A stretch of 40,722 nucleotides of DNA. Source: Catajapyx aquilonaris. Taxonomy: Eukaryota. Of the stretch, positions 12,157-23,781 are shown in pieces. Positions within the stretch are counted from its first letter, which is position 1. Each line of letters starts with the position of its first letter. The translations under genes were made by a program, and so were the position numbers. A model generated the notes under the pieces. The model searched no databases and was not told the DNA's origin. It saw only the letters and a list, made by a program, of their open reading frames with translations. The stretch is taken from assembly GCA_000934665.2 (NCBI GenBank), contig JYFJ02003504.1:1-40722 (forward strand), given 5' to 3'.

Positions 12157-14894
12157 ATGTCGTTCTCCTGCATAGCCTTCATCTGTGCTGCGCTAATGAG
12201 CCTGTCCACTAATGAGGTAAGCATATTCGTGAAGTTCACGTGAGGCATATCAGTTGTGTCTCGGTATGATGTATTATCATGTAATTTGAAATTGTCCTGA
12301 ACGTATTCGAAAAAATGTTTTACTAGATAAAACCACATGATTTCTAGATTGTAACACGTAGAGAGGAATTGTAATCTTGATTTTGCTACAATCAGAGAAA
12401 AAATATATTGTATACAAGAGTATGTAGCGACATTACAAGTGAGGACTAGTTTGTGCAACGGGGTGTAAACATTACAAGCCTCGTGTTCAAATCCATATGT
12501 GCAGGGTATTTCATAATTTAACCACAATAATGCGCGGAAATTTATTGCACCAACTTTTCTGTTTCTATAGGATTTTACAGCAATTTTTTTCCAAGTCTAT
12601 TTTCCCGCTTTTAAAAATATTAATTTAATTACGTGGAGTAATATTTTCATCTGTAATGACCATGCGCTAACTTTCAAGTTTTCCTTTGCAAGGTTAAGCT
12701 GCACGAAGTATTTACGTAACATTTGCTATATCAATTGCAATTAGAGCGGTTCGATAGTTTGTTGGGGCCAGTGTGGGAGTACGTGAACAGGTGCAAACAT
12801 TAATTATGTATTATCTTGTCAGTACACGACATTACTAGAAACGTTGTCGCAAATAGAGTTGGTCCGTATATCTCAAGCAGCGCAAACAAAGTCAGTCTAG
12901 ATATAATGTGCAATCCGCCTAAATTTCTGCAGGTGAATCCTCTCTCTCCGAACGTGTCCCTGACACCTGACCCAGATGAGGACGTCCTCTTAACGGAGCT
13001 GGTCCTTCACTTGCTGGACACCCACTACCCGGACTGCTTCTTAAACATGGACACCGACTCGGACAGGGTTGGCCTGATGGCGGTGCAGGGTCTGATGTCC
13101 CGTCACCAGGGGGGCAGGTACCGGCCGGTGGTCACTGGTCGGATGGACAGCCAGGCCTTCAGGGTGTCCATCGAGGACCACCCGGTCATCTGGAAGGAGG
13201 AGCAGCTCTACTCCTTCAGGACCATGCCCCCTGACCTCTTCTCCCGGACGTGGAACGGGGGGAAATGCTCCTTCAACCTTCTCCTCTCCACCCACCCACG
13301 ACACTTCCCAGACCTAGTCTTGCACGCAGTCACGACCTTCAGGTTCAGGAACCAGTTCGACCCGACCCTCATCCACACCTCCGATGGGCTGCTGGACCCA
13401 GAGAGAATCCTCCTCGCACACCCGGCCAGAGGAATCTTCCTCAAGCTCCTCTCGCAATACTCTCCAGGGAAGAGGGAACTCGTCCTGCACAACGTCTGCT
13501 ACTTTTGTTTCCAGCCAGAGGACAAGCTCAACCCAACCATACCACAGTCACTCTACAAACTGTTGGGACGAGACCACCTCTTTCCGATACCTGCTAGCGA
13601 GAATAGATGGGGCATAAAATACCGAGCGGTTCATTACGAGGAAGTTGACATGAATAGTGCTCGAGAGAGGGCAAAAGATCCGGACAATGTCCTGTCAGCT
13701 GTAGAGTCTGGAATGTTGGAAGTAGAAAGACGCATTAATGTTACATTTGAAGTTTATGTCCCAACTTTCTCTCTGGATGACTTCTACTCAAATGGAAGTT
13801 ACACGGGAATTACGGGAGCTATTGCTTACGGAAAGGCAGACATTGCGATGATTAACTTTTACACATTTGTGTCCATTAAAGCTACAGTCCTTCCGTCTCC
13901 CGTATTTTACCTTCACGTGTCTTTTTTTAGAAGGCATCCAAGGCCGGACATAAAGTGGTACCTTATAGCACAACCATACACGGCTATGTCATGGCTATCG
14001 GCCTTAACAACCGTCATTATTTCATCCGTTACACTGCACCTATTAGAGAAGTGTGAAAAGAAGCTAGGTAATCCGAGCATGCATCTTGTTTCGTCTTTTG
14101 TAAATAAGTTGCGACTAATAATGCGAGAGCTTATCGAGCAAGCAGATTCAATACCTCCTTACCCATCCCTACGAGCTTTTTATTCATACGTACTAGTTTT
14201 CACTCTAGTCTTCGGATGTTTGTACAAAGCCAAAATATTCGCCCTGCTGACATTCCCTGAAACGGAAATTCTGCCCAACACAACTCTGGAATTGTACCAC
14301 TCTAAGTTTACATGGGGCACAACACTTGCTCTTTACATTCTACTTGGAGCTGGGATAAAGAGAAGCCAGGTGGAATATTTGCAGGAAATGCATAAGATGA
14401 CTCAGCCAGTGAATGACTATCGCGATTGCTTCGAAAAAGCGATTGAAGAGGACTTCGCTTGCATTTTGAGCGATTATCTTTACGAGAGAGAATCAGTCAA
14501 ATTCGTGGACCACAAAGGTGAGACGAAGGTGTATTGGATTCCGAACGATTTGAACTCGATTTTCATTTACACTGCTCCTGCGTTCCCACGAGATGCAATA
14601 AATATTCCTGCTTCTCTGACTGGAATACTTCGCATGACTGAAGCGAATTTATTCAAGCAAAGGGAGGATTCTGTCAACCATCTCCAATTTTTGCGTTATT
14701 ACATGCGAGCCAGAAAGTCGGCGGAATATGACGGAACAGCACTTGAAGATGACCGGGTATTGACTCTGTACAAAGTCAGGCCTATTTTTTACGTGTGGTC
14801 ATTTTGCATTGTCATGTCCATCTTGGTATTTTTGTTCGAGTTTGTTGCTAGAAAGAGAACTACAAATAATGTATATCCAGGATACTTGCCGTAA
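12157..14894 (+). CDS. Divergent ionotropic receptor IR-c, 2 exons: 12157-12216, 12933-14894; ~673 aa
   Basis: Exon 1 is MSFSCIAFICAALMSLSTNE|GTAAGC (hydrophobic signal, phase 0). The acceptor tttctgcag before 12933 sits at the same position as in IR-a/b. The ORF is intact, with S1 (NGSYTGITGAIAYGKADIA), QPYT..W, M1, pore EQ, M2 (SLRAFY...LYKAKIFALLTFP), S2 and a terminal TM. Confidence 0.9.
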
Positions 14895-15060
14895 CAACAT
14901 TTTTAAGGCGGGGGAAATGCAGCGAACAGTGAAGCTCAGTTGCTAATATTCACACTGAAAAATTAAAGAAAAAATATATTATTATTATTATTATATTATA
15001 GAAAGGTTTTACTGTAACAAATGCACATAAAATGCACAGTTTGCTTATACTTCAATCCAT

Positions 15061-15183
15061 ATATTTGACGGCATATAAGACGCACTTTTCTCCTCCAAAA
15101 TGGCTCAAAAAATTAGGCACAATACGAACTTTTTTCCTGAATATGATCTGCTGAAATGGACTTATATGCCATCAAATACTGTA
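15061..15183. mobile_element. Small degenerate TIR element (Tc1/pogo-like MITE remnant)
   Basis: TATTTGACGGCATATAAG ... CTTATATGCCATCAAATACTGTA inverted termini. Confidence 0.6.
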
Positions 15184-16276
15184 ATTATTGCAAAATTGTA
15201 ATGAAGCAGAGAAATTTTGGCATCTATGATAAATCACCACTTTACTTGTCAATTATGGTAAAAATCTTCTGCTGATTTTTTCAAGCCATATGTCCCTTCA
15301 TATTAAATGTATTGATAACTTATACTCACACCCAGATGTTAATGGTCCAATCACCTCATCACGATAATATGACACAATCTAACCTGTGTGGTAGTTATAG
15401 TTAGTTCATCAGAGAAAATGCCATGAAAACAGGAGATATCCGTTTGCCTAACGAGAGAATAAGTCAAGGACTTTGAATAATGCTTTAAATACTATGCAAC
15501 TGTTTTGATGATCCTGCATAAACTTCCTTGAACTTTCTCAAGCCAGAGGCGCACCGATTTTATTCTGTTAGTGTCCCAGTAAAACATATACGTGTAAGGC
15601 ATCGAGTAGCTGAAAAATTATTAAATTATAGGCCTATATAAACAGTTGAGTTGTATAATAACTTGGTGTCAATAATTGATGCTCAATAAATTATTTTCAA
15701 AAACAACTTCATCGTGTTTCACTCTACTTTCCACGTACAGTACGTTCCCAGTTGTCTTATTTTTAGGCTGAATTAATTAGGCCTATACAAAATATTTCCC
15801 GGATAGTCATATAGAGTGGGCGTACATTTCTCAAGGTCTGGATGCAACGTACAGCATGCACAATACATGTTTGCTCACCATTCGTTTTGTACACCATTGT
15901 CGTCAGGAAGTTTATGCAAATAAATTAAACCGATGCTTATCGTTCCCAGCAGAAAACAACAAAAGCTACTTCCGCTTTTGACATCTTTGTGAGTATAGGC
16001 CTAACGAGTAATATCTACATACACAAATAATTGCATCTGACTATTAATCTGGTAACATTTATTGCCAAATTTTGAGCCGTACCGGTCCGTACCGACTCAT
16101 CAGCGATAGTGATCATTTGCATTGTCGATTCTCACAATATGCTCACAATATGTTAATGAAAGCGGATGCAATTGAAAAAGCACGAGACGAGAGCCCTGTG
16201 GTAACACCGCCGGCAACACCCTCCTGTGATTACACAGCCAGATAACCAGCACCTTCGACCCTGGTGCCACACAGCA

Positions 16277-16283
16277 TATAAAA
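16277..16283 (+). promoter_or_regulatory. TATA box of OBP-like A
   Basis: TATAAAA starts 56 nt upstream of the ATG. Confidence 0.6.
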
Positions 16284-16332
16284 ACCCATAGTTTTCACGC
16301 CTCCTTTCCACACTGTACTTCCATCTGAGAAC

Positions 16333-17096
16333 ATGAAGAACCTGCTCTACCTGGCTGTGGCTACGGCCCTATTTGTAGGGACATTTGCACAAACGGTATG
16401 AATTGTTGCAATCAAATAATAATTTTAAAATAGATCCAGCTGATGAGTTGAATTATTGTTGCAGTGTCCATCTAAAGAGACGCTGATGAAGGAGTTTGAA
16501 GTATGCAAGGTGGATGTGGCTGGACCAGAAGCCAAAGATGCCAGCATCATGGAGCTCTGGCAGGAACATGGATCGGTATGTTTCGGATGCAAATATCATG
16601 CAGCATAATACATAATTTTTTTCGATCATTACAGTGCATTGTGAAGTGCATGATGAACAAGTTCGGAATTGTAAGTATGACTCTCTGGTTTGGTGTTGCT
16701 TAATCTAATGTGTATGTGCATTTGTGCGCAGCTTAATCCGGATGGTATGATCAACAAGGAGTATGCGACCACATTGGCCAAGGACTGCAAGGCTGTGCAT
16801 ACCGACCTGGCAGACAAGATCGAGAAGGCAGAGCAGTGCATGGCACAACATGGTACGTCACACACTCATTTTTGCGCATGTTTTGCATACAAATGATTTA
16901 CAAATGAGTTGATTTTTGACCACTTTTTTTTCAATTTGGGGCCATATGTGGTGCGCGTTACAATTGGTGCTATGCAATTGTTGTCTAACTTGGAAATTTT
17001 TCAACAGCCGACGCCATCGATCCGTCCAAGCCCAAGTGCTCCGGATACCATGAGCTCATCTCGTGCGTCATGCAGCATTTCAGGAAAGGGGCGTAA
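16333..17096 (+). CDS. OBP-like secreted protein A, 8 Cys, 139 aa; exons 16333-16395, 16465-16575, 16635-16670, 16732-16852, 17008-17096
   Basis: All introns are GT-AG with phases 0,0,0,1. Translation: MKNLLYLAVATALFVGTFAQT-CPSKETLMKEFEVCKVDVAGPEAKDASIMELWQEHGS-CIVKCMMNKFGI-LNPDGMINKEYATTLAKDCKAVHTDLADKIEKAEQCMAQH-ADAIDPSKPKCSGYHELISCVMQHFRKGA. It has a signal peptide and the OBP hallmarks C-X3-C, LxxDG and C-X8-C. TATA at 16277, AATAAA at 17233. Confidence 0.85.
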
Positions 17097-17808
17097 AGAT
17101 CGTTGCGTCACATCCGTAACATCAGCCTGTGCCTTCTGAATCGGACCCGTAACGGGGGGTGCTGGGATTCCCTTCTTTGTATTTTAGTCACATATTTTTT
17201 GGCAGGAACATTGAACTCGTTTGCACCGGACCAATAAAGACATCGGAAACACAGCATTGTCTACTTTTTTTGTCACAGTTCGTAACGGATGGACATCATT
17301 TCTAAGTGAAAATTTCAAGTACTGCCAAAAATGCTAATTATTGCTTTTATGGTATGTCTTTTGGGTGTGGTAGCTGGTAGGGACAGCCTGTGTCAGACAC
17401 CAAATTGCTTGTATCGCCTGCAACATTTTTCATGACCAACGTTGCAGATTGTGGGGAGACAAAGGAGGAAATGCAGTCCGGCTGGACTATAATAATTGCA
17501 CGTTCACAAGGCACGCACTGCTGCAACAATAGGACGTCTACAATTCCCACGAGCACGATAGCATCTCTTCAGCAAACCAAGAATAATCTCACTTTGCCCC
17601 GCTCTTTGTTTGCCGGATTGTGAATGAAAAGGGGAATTCAAGGTCGACTGTTACGAGGCACCAGAAATTGGAGGCAGATTCGGATCTGGTTGGGGGTCAG
17701 ATCATCAGATGACGTGTGTAATTCGAGGATAAAAAGAAGGGTCGAGGCAACGTTTGGGTTTAGGATCGCAGCAGGTACAGCGGTACGGCACACAAGCACC
17801 ACTCAACA

Positions 17809-18611
17809 ATGAAAAACCTGTTGTACCTCGCCTTGGCTTCGGCCATCTTTGTTGTGGCCATGGCAGACAAGGTGAGTTAACAGTGCAGCTTTCAGGATTT
17901 GGGCGAGGTGACCTTTGACCTTATGGTTTCAGTGCCCAGAAAGAAAAGAACTCAAGACAGAGTTCGAATCCTGCAAGCTTCAGGTGGCTGGCCCTGACGC
18001 AAAGGATATCGACATCATGACTCTGTGGCAGGAGCACGGATCGGTTTGTACATAATAATTATATGCACACAAAATATATGTAACTAATTCAGGAGATACA
18101 CAATAATGATGAGCATTTTTTTAAATAATTTCAGTGCATCGTCAAGTGCATGATGCAACAATTCCATTGGGTAAGTACATGTCACAATATTGTACAATGA
18201 AGACCTGTTTTGACTTGTAAAATATCCATACATATTTGCATATTATACTTGAAACGTAGAATTTACACAACTAGCAGCAAATATACACTTTCGCTCTAGG
18301 TAGGTAGTAGTTGAGGGTTTGTTTCTTAAGAGTAAGCTACTGCATCTAAAATTAGTCGTAAAAACACGAGTTGTTGGAGACTTATTACTTAAGCACTGTA
18401 ATATTACAATGCTTAAGTAATAACTAATAAGTCTCCAACAATTTTCATCACGTTTATGACTAATTGGTTGATTTTTGCTGTTTCTCATCTAACAGCTAAT
18501 TTCAGTCTACACTAATTAGCAATCATGTAGGGAAATTAATTATTAATTAGATTATACACAAATGAATAAATTTCATATGCATAGCCACCTTCTCTATTGA
18601 ACTATATTGCA

Positions 18612-18646
<35 letters not shown>

Positions 18647-19263
18647 ATATATTTAACGAATTACCTAATGCGCAATGACTTACAATTTGCTCCTGACAGA
18701 GCATTTCTAACAATATTGCTGATGATCGACGAATACTTACCTTACTTTACATTTTACTACGATTAACTACTTATTATTCATACAATATTGTAATAAAATC
18801 ATACAGTGAATGGATTTCATACCTTTAAAACACGTAATTTCTGCATAAAAGTTTATTAATATCGAACCAACTGAAAGCTGTTATCATTGATTTGTTAGAC
18901 AAAAGTGCAAATTAGTACTAATCACACATTTTTCTTTATGAATCTAATTAGTTGGACGCAGACGGCAAGATCAAGAAGGAGTGGGCCATCGCCATGGTGC
19001 AAGACTGCAGGAAGGTTCATTCTGACCTGGCGGAAAAGATCGTGAAGGTCGAGCAATGTGTCGTCGATCACGGTCAGTATATAGAGAAAAATTCCACAGA
19101 ATTTTAAAGTCTCAAAGTGTTACTGCAACCTGGCCTGATATTTATTTATATTTCTCATGAAAAAAAAAAAAAAGCTGACAACGTGGACCCGACCAAAGAG
19201 AAGTGCGCCGGATACACCGAAATCATCATCTGCATGATGAGCCAGTTCAGGAAAGGAGCGTAA
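17809..19263 (+). CDS. OBP-like secreted protein B, 8 Cys, 139 aa; exons 17809-17871, 17933-18043, 18135-18170, 18952-19072, 19175-19263
   Basis: Exon sizes and phases match gene A. Translation: MKNLLYLALASAIFVVAMADK-CPERKELKTEFESCKLQVAGPDAKDIDIMTLWQEHGS-CIVKCMMQQFHW-LDADGKIKKEWAIAMVQDCRKVHSDLAEKIVKVEQCVVDH-ADNVDPTKEKCAGYTEIIICMMSQFRKGA. AATAAA at 19464. Confidence 0.85.
18612..18644. repeat. (ATT)n microsatellite in OBP-B intron 3
   Basis: Direct reading. Confidence 0.9.
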
Positions 19264-19677
19264 AAAAAATATTCTTCTCCGAGAGAATACACTCCAATGG
19301 CGTTTTCCAATCGTTTGGAGTACTATGTAAATGACATGGAAAAAACAATGGATGCTTAATTAACAGAGAGCTGGCAACGTGCCATCTCCCCACTCTCCCC
19401 ACCACCGCCTCGTCCTCTTTGTTGTACCAAAACCCTCCCCATTGCATTGTTGTTCTCATAGACAATAAAACATTAAGCTATCTGCACCACCTCTGCATTT
19501 AATTCTAGTTTATTATTATACTGGACCGCACTCTTCTGTTTCATGTCAATCTGACTTGGGGTCATACCACCACCTGGTGACCTTCCCAAATTGACCTCTA
19601 CAATGAAGGTACAGGCTAATAACCTACCGCGTCTGATAAAAATATCGGAATTCGACAGCTCTCGATTGAATTTACAG

Positions 19678-20143
19678 TTAAACCAACAACAGGATCATCA
19701 CCATGTTGCAGTTCATGTAAATTAGCAATTAATGTAGTTGAGGAAAATAAATTACAGTAAGTTTATATTTTTGTGAGTCAAAGCTTTCTCATAATTATGA
19801 TGACATTGATTGGGCTGAATTTATTAGCAAATTATGATGTCAATGAATCAGATTGAATTCTTGTAGCTGTTATAATGGATAGTTACTAAATGAATTTACT
19901 ATTAAACCAATATTAGCAGGATCATCAACATGTAAATTAGCAATTAATATAGACTGATCAAAATAGCACATTTTCGCATGTAATTAAATATTACGGTAAG
20001 TTTATATTTTTGTGAGGAAAATTTCTGGAGGCCTTTTTTTCATAATTATGATGACATTGCTTAGGATTAATATTAGCGAATTATGATGTCACAAGATTAA
20101 CACGAAATTCTTGCAGCTGTTAATTAATTGATGGCTACTAAAA
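19678..20143. repeat. Diverged tandem duplication, two ~220-240-bp units
   Basis: The blocks CAGGATCATCA, CATGTAAATTAGCAATTAAT, GTAAGTTTATATTTTTGTGAG and CATAATTATGATGACATTG occur twice in the same order. Confidence 0.8.
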
Positions 20144-20690
20144 TAAGCATCACGTTATTAGAACAAGTGGTAACTCTCAGCAACTACCGGTAATTATAAT
20201 ATTGAGTAGGCCTCCTAAAAACAATCGTCATAAAAATGGCATCACCCACAGGAAGGAGTAATTATTAATGAAGATGCGTGAAACTAATTGTATAATTAGT
20301 TACGTTTCCAACAACGTCGTGCTAAATTTCAGATTAGTAAATTTTTCCCATGCCCTTTTTTTCTTCCACGGCCATTCGTTTATCCTGCAAACTTGAAACT
20401 GACGTCAGAAGCGAGTAAAACTGTTCTGTTCCGCGTAGTGTTACGTAAGAGGCGGAACATCCTTACCAGAGACAATCGCCCCAAAAAATGTCGGATTTAT
20501 ACGTTTACAAAAACCTCTTTTCATCCCTATATAACCTTCAGCAAAATAGAGCACGGAAAGTACGTCAAGAGCCCGAGGATGCCAATAATAACCGGAAGGG
20601 AGGGTAATGAGAAGAGATGCCAAACCAAATTTGCGTCCAGTTGACATCCCTTGCTTGGCCTTGCTTGTCATTATATACAGTGTCCGTGCA

Positions 20691-20697
20691 TATAAAA
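20691..20697 (+). promoter_or_regulatory. TATA box of OBP-like C
   Basis: TATAAAA starts 84 nt upstream of the ATG, in the same GCATATAAAA context as gene A. Confidence 0.55.
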
Positions 20698-20774
20698 TCA
20701 AGAGGAGTCTACTTTCCGGCTCTTATCTTTTTTTATTTGCCATTTTATCTGAGACCGGACAAGAGAGAAGCAGG

Positions 20775-21700
20775 ATGAATCCTCTTCTGGTGTGCTTCAT
20801 CGCACTTTTTGGCACCCTCGCCTACGTGCAGGTCAGTTATGTAACACCCTGTTGCCACACATCAATTAATCGTCATTAGAAAGTAACGCAAATTGTAACT
20901 CAACGTGGAATCAGCTATATTTATGCTACGGTACAATCTGTCTAAACTGGCTATATTTTAATTACTTTGTGATCTGACAGTCAGTTGAAGTGCACAAATA
21001 ATTGGGTTTACTACAACCTGTGTAGAAAGTAGCCTACTAGTAAGGAGAGTAATTAAAAAAAATTCAATTGAACTGTTTCAGGCGGAATGTCCATCTCTTG
21101 AGTCGATGTTTGCTATTGGAATGGACTGCAAAATGAAGCACAAGGAATTGGGAGTAAGTGAAAAAAAAAATACAGTTTCTTTTAAGTAAAAAGGAAAACT
21201 AATATTTAAAAATCCAATTTTGATTCCAGTGCATTGCGCAGTGCTTCTTGCAAGAAATGGAACTGGTAAGAGCATGAGCCTATAGCTGCCTGTATGTAAT
21301 ACGTTGTGAATTAAAATGCGAATATGTTTATTTATAGACGACGCCTGATGGACAGCTGGACAAGCCAAAGCTGGAGAAATTCGCGAAGGCCTGCGAAAAA
21401 ATTGCTGCAGAGCATGGAGTCGACCTTCCTACGATCAAGACTTGCATCCTTTCAAAACGTAAGTTTCGCAAAGAAAATCGCTCATTATTATTTCAGCAAA
21501 ATTACGAGCTCATTTTGCATACCAAAAAATGTTTCAAGCGACATTTTATTCAATAACCAATGAGAATATTTCATTTTTAATTTAAGTTTGATTACCTCTT
21601 ACAAATTTTTTGTTTTGTTTCAACTCCAGCTGTGGACACGAGTCTGCCAGATTGCGGAGGTTATGCTTTCATGGTCGCCTGCGTCTCTCCGCAGAAATAA
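20775..21700 (+). CDS. Short OBP-like secreted protein C, 8 mature-region Cys, 118 aa; exons 20775-20831, 21082-21153, 21230-21265, 21338-21458, 21630-21700
   Basis: GT-AG introns with phases 0,0,0,1; exon 3 is 36 nt and exon 4 is 121 nt, as in A/B. Translation: MNPLLVCFIALFGTLAYVQ-AECPSLESMFAIGMDCKMKHKELG-CIAQCFLQEMEL-TTPDGQLDKPKLEKFAKACEKIAAEHGVDLPTIKTCILSK-PVDTSLPDCGGYAFMVACVSPQK. TATA at 20691, AATAAA at 21814. Confidence 0.82.
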
Positions 21701-22479
21701 GGTGCTAAAATATTCATCCGTTGTCGTCTAGGTTCACTAATGTCAAAAATAACAATTAAAAATATATATCATCGGGACTCAATCATCATTACAGCTTCAT
21801 TCGAGCGTCAGTTAATAAATTTGCTATTTTGTGCAATCCTACTTATCTTATTTCCTGATTGATTACTGGCAGAGGTGTCCCAAAATGTCTTTTTTTCAGC
21901 TTAGCAATTTTAGACACTAAAGCTGCTTATTTGGAAGCAGCTGCTTCATTTTTCTCATAACAAATTGATGTTCAATCATAATTGTTCCAATGATCAGCCA
22001 TTTGTGATCGGAAATTCTTTTAAATTTAGAGCTCGAATCCATCTGACTAATTCTGGCGGCCAATAACTACTAAAAATAACTATTCAAAAGCAGTCTAAGC
22101 AGTTTAGTGCCAAATATTGGCAGCTTTCAAGGGGCATTGTTTATTTAAAATTCTCGTGTTCTCATTTTGTTGATTACGTTTGGACATGATGTGTAATTTG
22201 TTTCCTTCCGGTCACGCAAAACATGATCGTGACATACAATGACATTACGTGATCGCAAAAAAATTATGTCAACCCATTTCACATATCAAAAGCATCCCCC
22301 CAGCAGAGCAACACAAAACACAGGGGAAAGGTAATCGCAGGAAAAAAACAATCACTGCAAACCTATACTGCATTTGGTTATGACCTTCAGGTGGGTCATG
22401 TTTGGGAAATAAAAAGAGCAAGTACACTGCGTAACAAGTTCATTTCATTGGTATAACCCACAGCAGGGAGTGGGTCGAG

Positions 22480-23090
22480 ATGAACCTCATTTACGTGTGT
22501 CTGGTAGTGATTAGTGTCACCTACGTGCAGGTGAGTTCACTGGTTTAATTATTCGCATAAGTGCACTTTATGTGATTGTTGTCACAATTTTTTCAGGCCG
22601 AATGTCCGTCCATGGAATCACTTATCGCGATCGGAGCCGAATGCAAAGCTGAGCATAAGCACATGGGGGTATGATCTCTGTACAGTATAGTACCGGTATG
22701 TCCTTCACTGACTCAACAGCAATTATTTATTATTGTAATATGTTCATTGCAGTGTGTGGCCAAGTGCTTCCTGGACAAGATCGAAATGGTGAGTCTTCGC
22801 ATTCTTCTCTTACAGCGACTGTAACATACAGTACATTTTCAGACAACGCCTGACGGTCAGCTGGACAAGAGCAAAGTTGACCCGTTTGTGGCCAAGTGCA
22901 AGGAAATGGCTGCCGAACATGACGTCGACCTTCCCAAGCTTGCTGCTTGTGTCTCGCGGAAACGTAAGTTCATGTGGTGCACAATTACCAACCACTAAAT
23001 GCGCTAATTGTGCGTGTATACTGTACAGGTGTGGACACGACCAGACCAAACTGCGCCGGATACCTCTTCATGCTGGCCTGCTTCATGTGA
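22480..23090 (+). CDS. Short OBP-like secreted protein D, 8 mature-region Cys, 113 aa; exons 22480-22530, 22597-22668, 22753-22788, 22843-22963, 23029-23090
   Basis: Paralog of C with the same phases. Translation: MNLIYVCLVVISVTYVQ-AECPSMESLIAIGAECKAEHKHMG-CVAKCFLDKIEM-TTPDGQLDKSKVDPFVAKCKEMAAEHDVDLPKLAACVSRK-RVDTTRPNCAGYLFMLACFM. AATAAA at 23100. Confidence 0.82.
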
Positions 23091-23639
23091 ACCCATTGTA
23101 ATAAAAACAGTTGCAACGATGTCTCTCAAGACGAGATGACTGCAAGTACTTTTTACTTACCGTTTCAGGTATGATCCATTGCCTCCAGAACTGTACACAC
23201 ATCACACACACACACCCACTATAAGATCACGAATCGACTGAACAAACAAAGCCGAGTGTGTGATGAGACGATTAGATTTTGGTCCCATTTTAACACCTAC
23301 CTCGTATTGCTCATTTAAACAGCTATAATTAAATGCCTATTTAGGAGCCAATAGGACTATCTTTTGAATTAGATTTGTCCCATTTTTACAGGGTGGCCCA
23401 AAGTTTTCAAAACTAATATCATATTAATTGTTATCCAAATATTCAGAGTTCACGCGAATTACTAAATTAGAATTGAAACAGTTATTTTTCCACCGCATAA
23501 AACTAATGTTTAAAGTCTTTAAACTACGATTACTCATTTAACGTCTATAAAATATTACCAGCCAATTTAGGGGCCAAAGGAACACCTTCCACGTGGTCAA
23601 ATTAGTAATTAAAGGCCAGTGAGATATGGTACTGTACTC

Positions 23640-23781
23640 TAAGGTCGGGTTTCACCAACCTGGTTCAAGCTTAAACCTCGTCGTTGCCATTGCAACCATT
23701 CTTAACAGCAGTTCAAGAGTAATTATTTTCCGGAAAGAAACTCGGGTTTACAGTATAACCGGCTGGATGAAACCGGCCATA
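23640..23781. mobile_element. Small degenerate TIR element (possibly PIF/Harbinger-type MITE)
   Basis: TAAGGTCGGGTTTCACCAACCTGGTT ... AACCGGCTGGATGAAACCGGCCATA imperfect inverted termini. Confidence 0.5.

Noticed and set aside
17909..17921. Perfect DR1 nuclear-receptor element TGACCTTTGACCT in OBP-B intron 1, and AGGTCA half-sites near 24130-24260
   Set aside because: The motif is short, is not shared with paralog A, and overlaps the expected branch/pyrimidine region. Function cannot be supported from sequence alone.
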